Assembly (NCBI GenBank): GCA_965248265.1
Contig: CBDFJF010000001.1
Coordinates: 1,312,001 to 1,376,000 of the forward strand
Length of the DNA stretch: 64,000 nt
From: Candidatus Latescibacterota bacterium
GTDB lineage: Bacteria > Latescibacterota > UBA2968 > UBA8231
Reading direction: 5' to 3'
Shown here: positions 20,086 through 28,473 of the stretch, in pieces
Numbering within the stretch: the stretch's first letter is position 1
Layout: every line of letters begins with the position of its first letter
Notes under the pieces: generated by a model
What the model saw: only the letters and a program-made list of their open reading frames with translations
Databases searched by the model: none
What the model was told of the DNA's origin: nothing
Program-made: the position numbers and the translations under genes

Positions 20086-23000
20086 TCAGTACGCCACGCT
20101 GACGAGGCGGACCGCCGAGTTGTCCGAGCCCACGTCGCTGTCCACGTGGACGCGGCACAGATAGAGCCCAGGCGCCACGAGCTCCCCTTCGTCGTTGTGA
20201 CCGCCGCGGCCCTGCCATACCAGGACCCGCTCACCGCCCGCTTCCTCACGGGACACCACTGCGACCTCGACGCCGGCCAGGGTGAAGAACCGGGCCTCGA
20301 TCCGGCGTGGCGCATCGATATTCGTCACGGAAAGCACGAGCCGCACCCGATCGTTGATGCCGTCGCCGTTGGGAGTGAAGGGATTCGGCGTGATCTCCAC
20401 ACCGGACAGCACCCGATGGTCGTCGATGGGGGTGAAAATGGCCGCCCCTTGACCGTCGATCTTCTCTATGGCGTCTCCGGGGTCCGCCTTCTGCCAGAAT
20501 TCGGGCATACTCGTATCGACAACCTCCGAGTTGGCCACCTCGGCGGAGAAGGTCGTGCCGCTCACGAAGATGCGGGAGCGGAAACGCAGCTCCACCACCT
20601 CACCCTCGCGCAGCACCGGCCCTCTCTGCTGGCTGCCCAGCCGGTTGTAGCTGGCCCGGTTCAGGGGCTCGCCGTCGTTGTCGAGCGCCACCTCTTCGCC
20701 GTCGAAGAGCACGCGATAGTAGCGCACCAGCCCCTGGGATTCAAAGGGAAGTTCGTTGTAGTCGCCCGCATCCACTTTGCGCAGAGTCTGGGCTCCACTC
20801 TCAGGATCGGTCGCCGTCACCTCGAAATAGTCGATGCGGCCCTGCTCTTTGACCGGGTCCAGTGGCAGCTTGCTCCAGGCCGCCTCGGTGAGTACACCGC
20901 CGGATTTGTCCAGCGGGGCTTCATCCCCCGCCCTTGCGATGCGCTGGTAAATGGGGGCGCTGTCGGCGTCGTAGTCGACGAGGCGCGGCAGTTTTATCCA
21001 CAGGGTGTCGGCCGTGCGGGTCGGGACAATGTCGAGGGGATCCCCCGCTGAATTGAAGAAGCCGCCCTCAACATCGCCCGTGAACACCTCGACTTCATCA
21101 TCTGCGACGCTTTCTTCGTCCTTCTTCACGAGTGCGTCCCTTCCGCCGACGCGCACCTCTATTAATTCCATTTCATTTTGATGCGACGCCAGCACCCGGA
21201 CCTCGTCGAAACGGCTGCTCGCATCCGGCTCGTCGTCTCGGAAGAGCGGCCGCACGAAGACGGAGAACGTGTCCGGCACGACGCTGGCGACATCGACCTG
21301 GGGGGTGACCTCCGCCAGGACCTGGCGCGCGAAGGGATCGGTGAAGTGGACGATGATCGAGTCCAGGGTGGCAACGGCATCGGGTCGGTCGGAAACCAGT
21401 CTGGCCTCCAGTTTGAGGAATCGACGCGGCGAGGGCGAGATGAATCGGTCTCCGGAGTGCTCGTACGCCCTGCTCCAGGCGCTCCAATCCACTCCCGGGG
21501 CAGAGGTCGCGAGAGAATCGCCTCTGTCACTGTCTCTGGTCCTCCGGTGCCAGTACTTGTCGCGGGTCACTTCTGTTCCATCGGTGAAGAACCACCGCCA
21601 CTCAGTCTTGACTTCGTTGCCGGTTTGCGTGCGGACTTCGATGCGGGTCCCCGGAGGGGTGTCGCCGACCCATTCCACCCGTGTCAGGGCGCGCGCCTGC
21701 CGCTGGCCTCTGCTGTCCTTGAACTCGATCAGCGGCGACGTGAGCGTCACCTGCGCGACACGGCCCTCTCCGAACACTTGCATTTGGCGGATGGCGACAT
21801 GCGTGGAAGGCGACGTGTTGGAGCCGTCGAGGTGGACGAATTCGATAAGGCGGGTTCGCAACGGTTCGAAGCGCTCCTCCGTATAGAAGAATTCGTCTGT
21901 GGTCCCGTTGCGTTCGCGTTCAGGTGGCGAGATCCTGTTCCAGAGCGGGGACCCGTCTGAGGCGGCGGAACCGTCTGAAACCCGGACTGTCCACCCCCAG
22001 AGTTCGCGTGGTGGTTGGCCTCTCTCCGATATCGGGTTAGCCAGGATGCGGAAGGTGTCCACCCAGAACAAGGCCCCCAGATCGATGATGAGCGGCCCAC
22101 CCCATTCTGCCCGGGGTTGTCCTGGTCTCAGGGCGAGGTAGAGGTAGGCGTCCCAATCGTCCAAGAAGCTGCCATTGAAAGCATTTGGCGTATTCTGGTC
22201 TTTGATGCCCCGAGGGGTAATTTGGCCACCCCTCTCGAGAATCCCGAGCGCTATGTTGTCGCCGACCGTGATGACCTGCACGTCGGCGAGGCGCGGGCGT
22301 TCCTTCCGATAGTAACGCACTGTACCCAGGCGCCCGGGCTCCTCTGTCTCGATGGTCTCGTACGCTTCGCGGGTCGTCAGAACCTCCTCGCCGTCAAAGC
22401 TCTTGAGATAGTACTCGATTCTCCCCTGCTCTTCCCGCGACAGGTCGTCTTCATAGACCTCTCGGCTCACTTCCTCGGCCCGGTCCAGGTTGCTGTCGGT
22501 CACGACGATGCGGACGTACTGTATGGGTGTGCCGGTGAAATCGGCGTCAGCCTTCGCGTCCGGTTCGAGGACAAACTCGAACTCCCGCTGGTCCCGATTG
22601 CCCCGCGTCGTGCCCCCGACGACGCGGTAGTCCAGCGGCCGCACAGCGCTCTCATACTTTAGCAACCCGGTAGAGACCAGTACCCGGAACTGCAGGAAGG
22701 GATCCCCAAGCTCTTCGTCGACGAAGCGCAGGATGATCTTTTCGGCCGAAACCAGCCGGCCCAGGTCGAATTCGATCCACCACTTGAACGAGGGCTCGTC
22801 CAGGTCCGGCTCCCAGTAAGACTCGAAGCGGTCGTCATCCCGGTCGATGACATTGCCCGCAAGCTCCAGGTTGGAGCCGGCGTTCTTGATGCCGCCAGGC
22901 GCTCGCGGACCCTCGAGGACGGTTATGAATTGGTCCTGGTCCTTGGCATCGATAATGTGGGTGAAGCTGGGCGCATCGGTGACCGCATCCACCTGCTTGC

Positions 23001-23268
23001 GGAATTCGCGAGGTACTATCAGGGCATTGGGGCCGCCGTCCTTCATCTGCACTTCCAGAACGTCCTGGCGGACCTCATCGATCGGTTGCTCCAGATTCCC
23101 CAGTTGCCACTGACTCCAGTGGCTGGCCGTGTTGACGGTGATCTGCCGCTTCTGGATGTCGATCCGGTAACCCTGGGTGAAGCCCGGATTCGACCAGACC
23201 AGCAACATCGCGGCCCCGAGGAAAGCGGCCCCCTGGGCCGCCCTCGTCATGGTGGGAAATCCGTACAT
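20086..23268 (-). CDS. Secreted double discoidin-like + FlgD-Ig/CHU_C-tail protein (paralog 1)
   Basis: Signal peptide; WWIEFDLGRLV and LIIDLGALFWV; WSAWSRAY..SPSPRRF; PNPFTPNGDGIND..VAPGLY..VSVAY. Confidence 0.85.
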   Translation of the reverse strand: MYGFPTMTRAAQGAAFLGAAMLLVWSNPGFTQGYRIDIQKRQITVNTASHWSQWQLGNLEQPIDEVRQDVLEVQMKDGGPNALIVPREFRKQVDAVTDAPSFTHIIDAKDQDQFITVLEGPRAPGGIKNAGSNLELAGNVIDRDDDRFESYWEPDLDEPSFKWWIEFDLGRLVSAEKIILRFVDEELGDPFLQFRVLVSTGLLKYESAVRPLDYRVVGGTTRGNRDQREFEFVLEPDAKADADFTGTPIQYVRIVVTDSNLDRAEEVSREVYEDDLSREEQGRIEYYLKSFDGEEVLTTREAYETIETEEPGRLGTVRYYRKERPRLADVQVITVGDNIALGILERGGQITPRGIKDQNTPNAFNGSFLDDWDAYLYLALRPGQPRAEWGGPLIIDLGALFWVDTFRILANPISERGQPPRELWGWTVRVSDGSAASDGSPLWNRISPPERERNGTTDEFFYTEERFEPLRTRLIEFVHLDGSNTSPSTHVAIRQMQVFGEGRVAQVTLTSPLIEFKDSRGQRQARALTRVEWVGDTPPGTRIEVRTQTGNEVKTEWRWFFTDGTEVTRDKYWHRRTRDSDRGDSLATSAPGVDWSAWSRAYEHSGDRFISPSPRRFLKLEARLVSDRPDAVATLDSIIVHFTDPFARQVLAEVTPQVDVASVVPDTFSVFVRPLFRDDEPDASSRFDEVRVLASHQNEMELIEVRVGGRDALVKKDEESVADDEVEVFTGDVEGGFFNSAGDPLDIVPTRTADTLWIKLPRLVDYDADSAPIYQRIARAGDEAPLDKSGGVLTEAAWSKLPLDPVKEQGRIDYFEVTATDPESGAQTLRKVDAGDYNELPFESQGLVRYYRVLFDGEEVALDNDGEPLNRASYNRLGSQQRGPVLREGEVVELRFRSRIFVSGTTFSAEVANSEVVDTSMPEFWQKADPGDAIEKIDGQGAAIFTPIDDHRVLSGVEITPNPFTPNGDGINDRVRLVLSVTNIDAPRRIEARFFTLAGVEVAVVSREEAGGERVLVWQGRGGHNDEGELVAPGLYLCRVHVDSDVGSDNSAVRLVSVAY

Positions 23269-23300
23269 ATGGCGTCTACTGACTCCCTCGCAGAGCGTAT

Positions 23301-23338
23301 AAGGAAAACGAGGGAGGTCGTGGAGCCCCTCCCTCGTT
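23301..23338 (-). terminator. Rho-independent terminator/attenuator after the TWG-tail gene
   Basis: Perfect 11-bp stem AACGAGGGAGG (23307-23317) / CCTCCCTCGTT (23328-23338), ending in TTTTCCTT on the minus strand. Confidence 0.7.
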
Positions 23339-23393
23339 CCGTATCCTCAGAAAAGATTGCGCCTGATCGTGTTGATCGGCCTCAACCTGAAAA

Positions 23394-24260
23394 CTAGAAC
23401 CGAGACTTCAAGCGGCCCCAGGTGTTGGACTCCACCGCCGTCATCGTGCCGCCCCCGGCGGGGGTGATATCTGTATCCAGCTCGAAATCAGCAGCTCTGT
23501 CGCCGTGTGCACATGGTGCTCCGAGGTACCACCAGCCGTCGTTCGCCCAGGTGCCGTCGGCAATCTGTTCGGCCTCGCTCAGGTGGGCGTCGTCGTCCGT
23601 GACGATCATGTCCCAACCGATAGTCTCGCCCGGATCGAGCGTGGACTGGATAGAGCCGGTGTCGTTTCCGTCGCCATCCCTCTGCAAGTCGTCCCAAGGT
23701 GTGAATCTGACTTCGTAGTAATACGTGCTCTCGCCGAACTCCTCGCCGATGAAGGACGTGGCGAATTCGAAGTGCGCCGGCTCTTGGTGAAACCCGGTGG
23801 CCGGGGTATGGTCCGCACCCTCTAGCGGAGGTACCGAGATGTTCCACCATCCGTTACCGTAGTCGAAATCGCTGCCCGAGTGATCGCCGTCGGTGTAAAA
23901 CTCGATGTTGTCGTCAAAGCAGGTGCAGTTATTGGGGGTATCCCTCACGTGGAGCTGGTCGAAAACCCAGGCGGCCTGGTACAGCTGATCGCTGTTGGCG
24001 TTGTAGCCTCCGTACCAGCCAAAGTCCAGGTCGGCCTTGTCGATCCCACCCCCCGGCCTGTCAGCGTAGGCGTTCCCGGCGGCATCCTCGATCAGAATGT
24101 GGAAATAATCGGGAAGCGCCGTCCACTCGCTTATATCCCCATCGATGGTGGGCAACCCATCGTCCGGAAACTGAATTGCCAGAAATTCGCCCCCTGAGTG
24201 CGCCGACGCCGATACGGCCATGAGGGCCACGGCCAACGGCAGCAAAAGAAGCTTCTTCAT
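23394..24260 (-). CDS. Secreted DOMON/CBM9-like sugar-binding protein with C-terminal TAVESNTWGRLKSRF tail
   Basis: GAGGAGG RBS; MKKLLLLPLAVALMAVSASA signal; PTIDGDISEW, DDNIEFYTDGD, YYYEVRFTPW, IGWDMIVTDDD. Confidence 0.82.
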   Translation of the reverse strand: MKKLLLLPLAVALMAVSASAHSGGEFLAIQFPDDGLPTIDGDISEWTALPDYFHILIEDAAGNAYADRPGGGIDKADLDFGWYGGYNANSDQLYQAAWVFDQLHVRDTPNNCTCFDDNIEFYTDGDHSGSDFDYGNGWWNISVPPLEGADHTPATGFHQEPAHFEFATSFIGEEFGESTYYYEVRFTPWDDLQRDGDGNDTGSIQSTLDPGETIGWDMIVTDDDAHLSEAEQIADGTWANDGWWYLGAPCAHGDRAADFELDTDITPAGGGTMTAVESNTWGRLKSRF

Positions 24261-24309
24261 TATGCGACTACCTCCTCGGTGTTGGTTGAGACATGGAAAA
24301 TTGATTAGG

Positions 24310-24351
24310 TAACTGTGACATACATTAACTGTGACATACATTGTGATACAT
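24310..24351. repeat. Perfect 16-bp tandem repeat TAACTGTGACATACAT x2 plus degenerate partial copy
   Basis: 24310-24325 is identical to 24326-24341, followed by TGTGATACAT. Confidence 0.9.
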
Positions 24352-24450
24352 ATTAATGATGCACCGAATCACCCGCTTCTGATAGCACCTCCCTTCGAAT
24401 TCGACGTTCTCTCGCGCCAGCGGTGTTCAGGGTATACGAAGCTTCCAGAA

Positions 24451-24479
24451 ACGATATATAGAAAGCCAGGGCGAGTCAA
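24451..24479 (-). promoter_or_regulatory. Putative sigma-70 promoter for the minus-strand envelope operon
   Basis: TTGACT-N17-TATCGT on the minus strand. Confidence 0.5.
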
Positions 24480-24601
24480 GGGGAATTTGAATGCGGATAA
24501 AGTCATCGTCAGCTATTGTTAATTGAGGCGTTTGACTCCATCGGAATCCCCTGTGGGCCATCCTCCCCCCGGAGGGGCGTGCACTCGTTTCTACTCATGA
24601 C

Positions 24602-24649
24602 TCGTTGCGCTAAGTCGTGATTTCGTTGCGCGACTATTTCGGTGCGCGA
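24602..24649. repeat. Direct repeats TCG(T/G)TGCGC x3 in the divergent intergenic region
   Basis: ATTTCGTTGCGCGA 24620-24633 vs ATTTCGGTGCGCGA 24636-24649; TCGTTGCGC also at 24602. Confidence 0.65.
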
Positions 24650-24766
24650 TCTCGATGAGCCATAGGCGCGCTCCGGACAATTTGCCACCCGTCGCACGAG
24701 GAATTCTGCTATCTTAGCACCCACTCCTCCCCGCCACGACGAAGCCTTTCGATCCGGAGAGCCGGC

Positions 24767-26737
24767 CTGAACCCGAATCGTTCCTACCTCCACGCCCCCA
24801 CCTTTCGGGCTCTGCTCATCGGCGCTGTGGGAGCGGCGGCCATCGGCAGTGGGGTACCCTACGGCAACATGGTCCTCCACGGCTCCCGCGTTGCCTCTTA
24901 TTTCAACACCCCCGCTGCCATCATCCTGTTCTTCTTCCTGGCCCTGTTCGGCAACGCTTTCCTGGGTCTGCTGCGCCGCTCCTGGATGCTGAACCGGGCG
25001 GAGCTCGCCCTCGTCTACATCATGTGGATCGTCGCCACCGCCATTCCCGAGTGGGGCTTCACTTCCTTCCTGCTGCCCGACATCACCGGCGTCGTCTACT
25101 ACGCTACCCCTGAAAACAACTGGCGTGAGTTGTTGCTGCCACACATTCCTCAGTGGATCATGCCGTTCCGGCAGCTTGCCGATGTTCAGGATTTCTACGA
25201 AGGCGCACCGGCGGGACAGGGCATTCCGTGGGGCAGCTGGGTGCCGGCGCTCATCTACTGGCTGTCCTTCATCACGGCCGTGTACCTGGCCATGATCTCC
25301 ATCACCGTCATCCTGCGCAAACAGTGGGTCGACCGAGAGAGGCTGGTCTATCCCCTGGTGCAGTTGCCCATCTCCATGATTCAGGACGACCCAGACGACA
25401 GTGGGCGGCCATCCATCATCAGTCCCTTTTTCAAGAATCCCCTGATGTGGGCTGGCTTCGTCATTCCGGCCATTCTCCAGACCCTCAACGGTTTGCACCA
25501 TTACTACCCGAGCATTCCGTCATTCTCTCTGTACGGCCTCTCGATTCCGCTCTTCCGCGACTCCGTGAGCATCCCCCTCAACTTGAGCTTTCAGATGCTC
25601 GGGTTCTCCTACTTCATCAGTCGGGAAATAGCCTTCGGCCTCTGCTTCTTTTACCTGCTCAACACCCTCGAGCAAGGCGTACTCAATGTGCTCGGCGTCC
25701 AGGAATTCGACTCGCTCCTGGGCAACTACAGCGCCTACACCGGCACCATCGTCGTGCACCAGGGCTTCGGCGCCATCATCATGCTCGTCCTCTTCGGCCT
25801 GTGGACGGCCCGCAGCCATTTGCGGCAAGTGTTCAGAACAGCCTTTGGTCGGAGGCCCGAAGTAAATCAAATAGACGACAGCAACGAGATACTATCATAT
25901 CGAGCAGCCGTGTTGCTGCTTCTTGGTAGTCTCACTTTCGTCGGCATCTGGTTGTGGCAGTCTGGGCTGCCGGGCTGGATCACGCCGATCTACTTGCTGC
26001 TGGCCTTCATCCTCTTCCTCGGCATCACCCGAGTCGTCGCCGAAGGTGGACTCGCCTTCATCTTCGCTCCCATGATCGCTTCCGATTTTATCACTGCCGG
26101 GTTCGGCACGAGGGCCCTTGGGCCTTCCGGCATCATGGCCTTCGCCTTCACCTACATCTGGGCCTCCGATATTCTGACCTTCGTCATGGCTTCTTCCGCC
26201 AATGCACTGAAGCTGGCTACAGAGACCATACAAAGAGGTATGCGCCTCGTGTTCTGGGCCATGCTGGTGGCCATCGTTGTGGCCCTTTGCAGCTCGGTGT
26301 GGGCGGTCATCGAATTGGCCTACCGCTACGGCGGCGCCAACGCGGACGTTTTTTTCCTGGGGTCAGCCAAACTGCCGTTTCAAATCGCCGCCGCCCGGCT
26401 CGAGTCGATCGAGGGCCCACACTGGCAGAACTGGTTCTACACCGGCATCGGCGCCACCGTCATGGGCGTGCTGATGCTGGCCCGGCAACGCTTCTCATGG
26501 TGGCCCATTCATCCGCTGGGTTTTCCAACATCCGCCGTTTTCGGTACCATGTTCTTCAGCGTCTTCCTGGCCTGGCTCTTCAAGAGTGTCGTGATCAAGT
26601 TCGGCGGCCCCCAACTCTACCTGCGCAGCCGCCCCTTCTTCCTGGGGCTGATCCTGGGCCAGTTCGTTACCGCCGGCGTCTGGTTCGGCATCGACTATCT
26701 CGTTGGCGGGAGCCACAACCACGTGATGTCCTTCTAA
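24767..26737 (+). CDS. Polytopic membrane protein, DUF6785/DUF6784-like putative transporter (copy 1)
   Basis: Many TM helices; ILRKQWVDRERLVYPLVQLP; ITRVVAEGG; WWPIHPLGF..RPFFLGLILG; homology to copy 2 extends upstream of GTG 24827 to a CTG at 24767 with GGAG RBS. Confidence 0.82.
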   Translation: MNPNRSYLHAPTFRALLIGAVGAAAIGSGVPYGNMVLHGSRVASYFNTPAAIILFFFLALFGNAFLGLLRRSWMLNRAELALVYIMWIVATAIPEWGFTSFLLPDITGVVYYATPENNWRELLLPHIPQWIMPFRQLADVQDFYEGAPAGQGIPWGSWVPALIYWLSFITAVYLAMISITVILRKQWVDRERLVYPLVQLPISMIQDDPDDSGRPSIISPFFKNPLMWAGFVIPAILQTLNGLHHYYPSIPSFSLYGLSIPLFRDSVSIPLNLSFQMLGFSYFISREIAFGLCFFYLLNTLEQGVLNVLGVQEFDSLLGNYSAYTGTIVVHQGFGAIIMLVLFGLWTARSHLRQVFRTAFGRRPEVNQIDDSNEILSYRAAVLLLLGSLTFVGIWLWQSGLPGWITPIYLLLAFILFLGITRVVAEGGLAFIFAPMIASDFITAGFGTRALGPSGIMAFAFTYIWASDILTFVMASSANALKLATETIQRGMRLVFWAMLVAIVVALCSSVWAVIELAYRYGGANADVFFLGSAKLPFQIAAARLESIEGPHWQNWFYTGIGATVMGVLMLARQRFSWWPIHPLGFPTSAVFGTMFFSVFLAWLFKSVVIKFGGPQLYLRSRPFFLGLILGQFVTAGVWFGIDYLVGGSHNHVMSF

Positions 26738-26755
26738 ACTTTACAGAGGTTGACA

Positions 26756-28435
26756 ATGTCCAGCTCTGATGGCCCCAGCTCTGATGATCTGAAACCGCGC
26801 GGCACCCGCCGTATCATTTATGTCAGCGACCCGTCCAGCGTGGCGTGGCGGTATTTGCCGGATCCGGTTCGCGAAGAGGATTTGACGGCCTGGATCGATG
26901 CCATCGCAGCCGCCGAGATCGACACCTTCGTGCAGGAGGTCTATTCCCAGGGTTGGTCGACCTACTGGCGCGGAGACCGCCTCGAATACGACGCGCGACC
27001 GCAACACCGGCGATTTCTGCCCTTGCTTGATGCCGGCGTTCAGCCTGTGGAGGTGCTGCTCGATCGATGCCACCACCACGGCATCGAGTTCTTTGCCGGC
27101 TTCCGCGTCAACGACAATCACGGCGCCGTGTCCATAGCCCAGGGCGTCGGGGCCGGCGCCGGCTTCATCGTCGACAATCCACAATTCCAGATCGCCCAAT
27201 GCCCGGACGAAGGATATCACTATAGGGAGTCCGCGCCTCTCGACTTCACCCACGAAGAGGTGCGCGATTTTATCGTCTCGGCTGTGGAGGAAGTAGTCGG
27301 ACGCTTCGCAGTAGATGGAATTGAACTGTGTTATCGCGACCAGCGCTATTTTCCACCGGACACCGGGGCCGAGCGCCGCGACCTGATGACGAGCATGGTG
27401 GGGCAGATTCGCGCCGTCCTGAACCAGCCCTCCCCCCGCACGGGAAAGCCCCGGATTTTCGGAGCGCACGTGTTCTCTTCGCTCGAGGAATGCCGCGACA
27501 TGGGCCTCGACGTGGAGAAGTGGATTGGCGAGGCGACGGTCGATTACCTGGCGCCGGCCGACATCATGCATGCCGATTTCAGCGTGGCCTACGAAGAGTT
27601 CACCGCGCTCACCCGGTCCACCGACTGCATGCTCTATCCATCCATCTTCCCCTGGACCAGCGTCGGCGCCCGTCGGCGCCTCAAGCAGGAACCGATTTCC
27701 AGCGATAACCGGCGCGCCCTTGCCCAGAACATCTACGGCGCCGGGGCCGACGGCATCTCCCTGTACAACCATTTCGAGTACATGCACGGAGGACTCGATT
27801 GGGGCAACGCCCACCCTCCCTTCTATCCGTTCGCACTGTTCGACGCCTGTGAACTGCGCCCAGAACGGGTCCTGAGCGGCCGGCGGCATTACATATTCGA
27901 TGCCACCTGGGGAGGATCCATGGGATTCGGTCCCGACCGCACCTCCACCGGTGCGGTCAAGGCACAGCGTGTCATTCTCGAGCGGACCTCACTGCCCTCC
28001 AGCGGTAGCTATCGCTTTGTGGTACGAGAGCATCTGAACGAAGCCAAGGCCGCGATGCTGCTCTTTCGCGGCTTCCACATGACGCTGAATGATCAACTGC
28101 GGGTGGCCGTCAACGGCACGCCGGTCGACCCGGCTGACCTGCGGATTCGCGACAACGAAGTCCGCGTCGACTTTCGCCAACCCCTCGATGAAGAGCAGGT
28201 CGAACGGCAAATGCAGGAAGGACATTCGCGGGAGCAAGCCGAGAGCTATCAGCCGGCGCCTGATCCACCCTTTGTCACCGCCTGGTTCGCCCTGGGCGCA
28301 CCGCCTGCGGTCTACGGTTGGAACGAGCTGGAGCTCGAGCTGGTCGCCGCCGACCCGGACGCCGATGGTGAAATCATCATCGAAGAAGTTGAAGTCTTCG
28401 TGATACCGCGTACCACGTCGCGTTTGCCGGCGTGA
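26756..28435 (+). CDS. Glycoside hydrolase-like 10 (GHL10)-type TIM-barrel protein, cytoplasmic
   Basis: CHHHGIEFFAGFRVND, LDFTHEEVRDF, FAVDGIEL, GADGISLYN; no signal peptide. Confidence 0.72.
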   Translation: MSSSDGPSSDDLKPRGTRRIIYVSDPSSVAWRYLPDPVREEDLTAWIDAIAAAEIDTFVQEVYSQGWSTYWRGDRLEYDARPQHRRFLPLLDAGVQPVEVLLDRCHHHGIEFFAGFRVNDNHGAVSIAQGVGAGAGFIVDNPQFQIAQCPDEGYHYRESAPLDFTHEEVRDFIVSAVEEVVGRFAVDGIELCYRDQRYFPPDTGAERRDLMTSMVGQIRAVLNQPSPRTGKPRIFGAHVFSSLEECRDMGLDVEKWIGEATVDYLAPADIMHADFSVAYEEFTALTRSTDCMLYPSIFPWTSVGARRRLKQEPISSDNRRALAQNIYGAGADGISLYNHFEYMHGGLDWGNAHPPFYPFALFDACELRPERVLSGRRHYIFDATWGGSMGFGPDRTSTGAVKAQRVILERTSLPSSGSYRFVVREHLNEAKAAMLLFRGFHMTLNDQLRVAVNGTPVDPADLRIRDNEVRVDFRQPLDEEQVERQMQEGHSREQAESYQPAPDPPFVTAWFALGAPPAVYGWNELELELVAADPDADGEIIIEEVEVFVIPRTTSRLPA

Positions 28436-28473
28436 AACCCTTAGCTAGGCTTTCCAATACAAGGGAGACTGGC

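Noticed and set aside
16008-23268. Flagellar flgD genes
   Set aside because: Only the Ig-like tail resembles FlgD; the proteins have Sec signals and no flagellar neighbours
24310-24351. Possible CRISPR-like array
   Set aside because: Only two adjacent 16-bp copies, no spacers, no cas genes
26760-26786. 12-bp direct repeat CCAGCTCTGATG (period 15)
   Set aside because: In-frame micro-duplication in a disordered N-terminus; no sign of function
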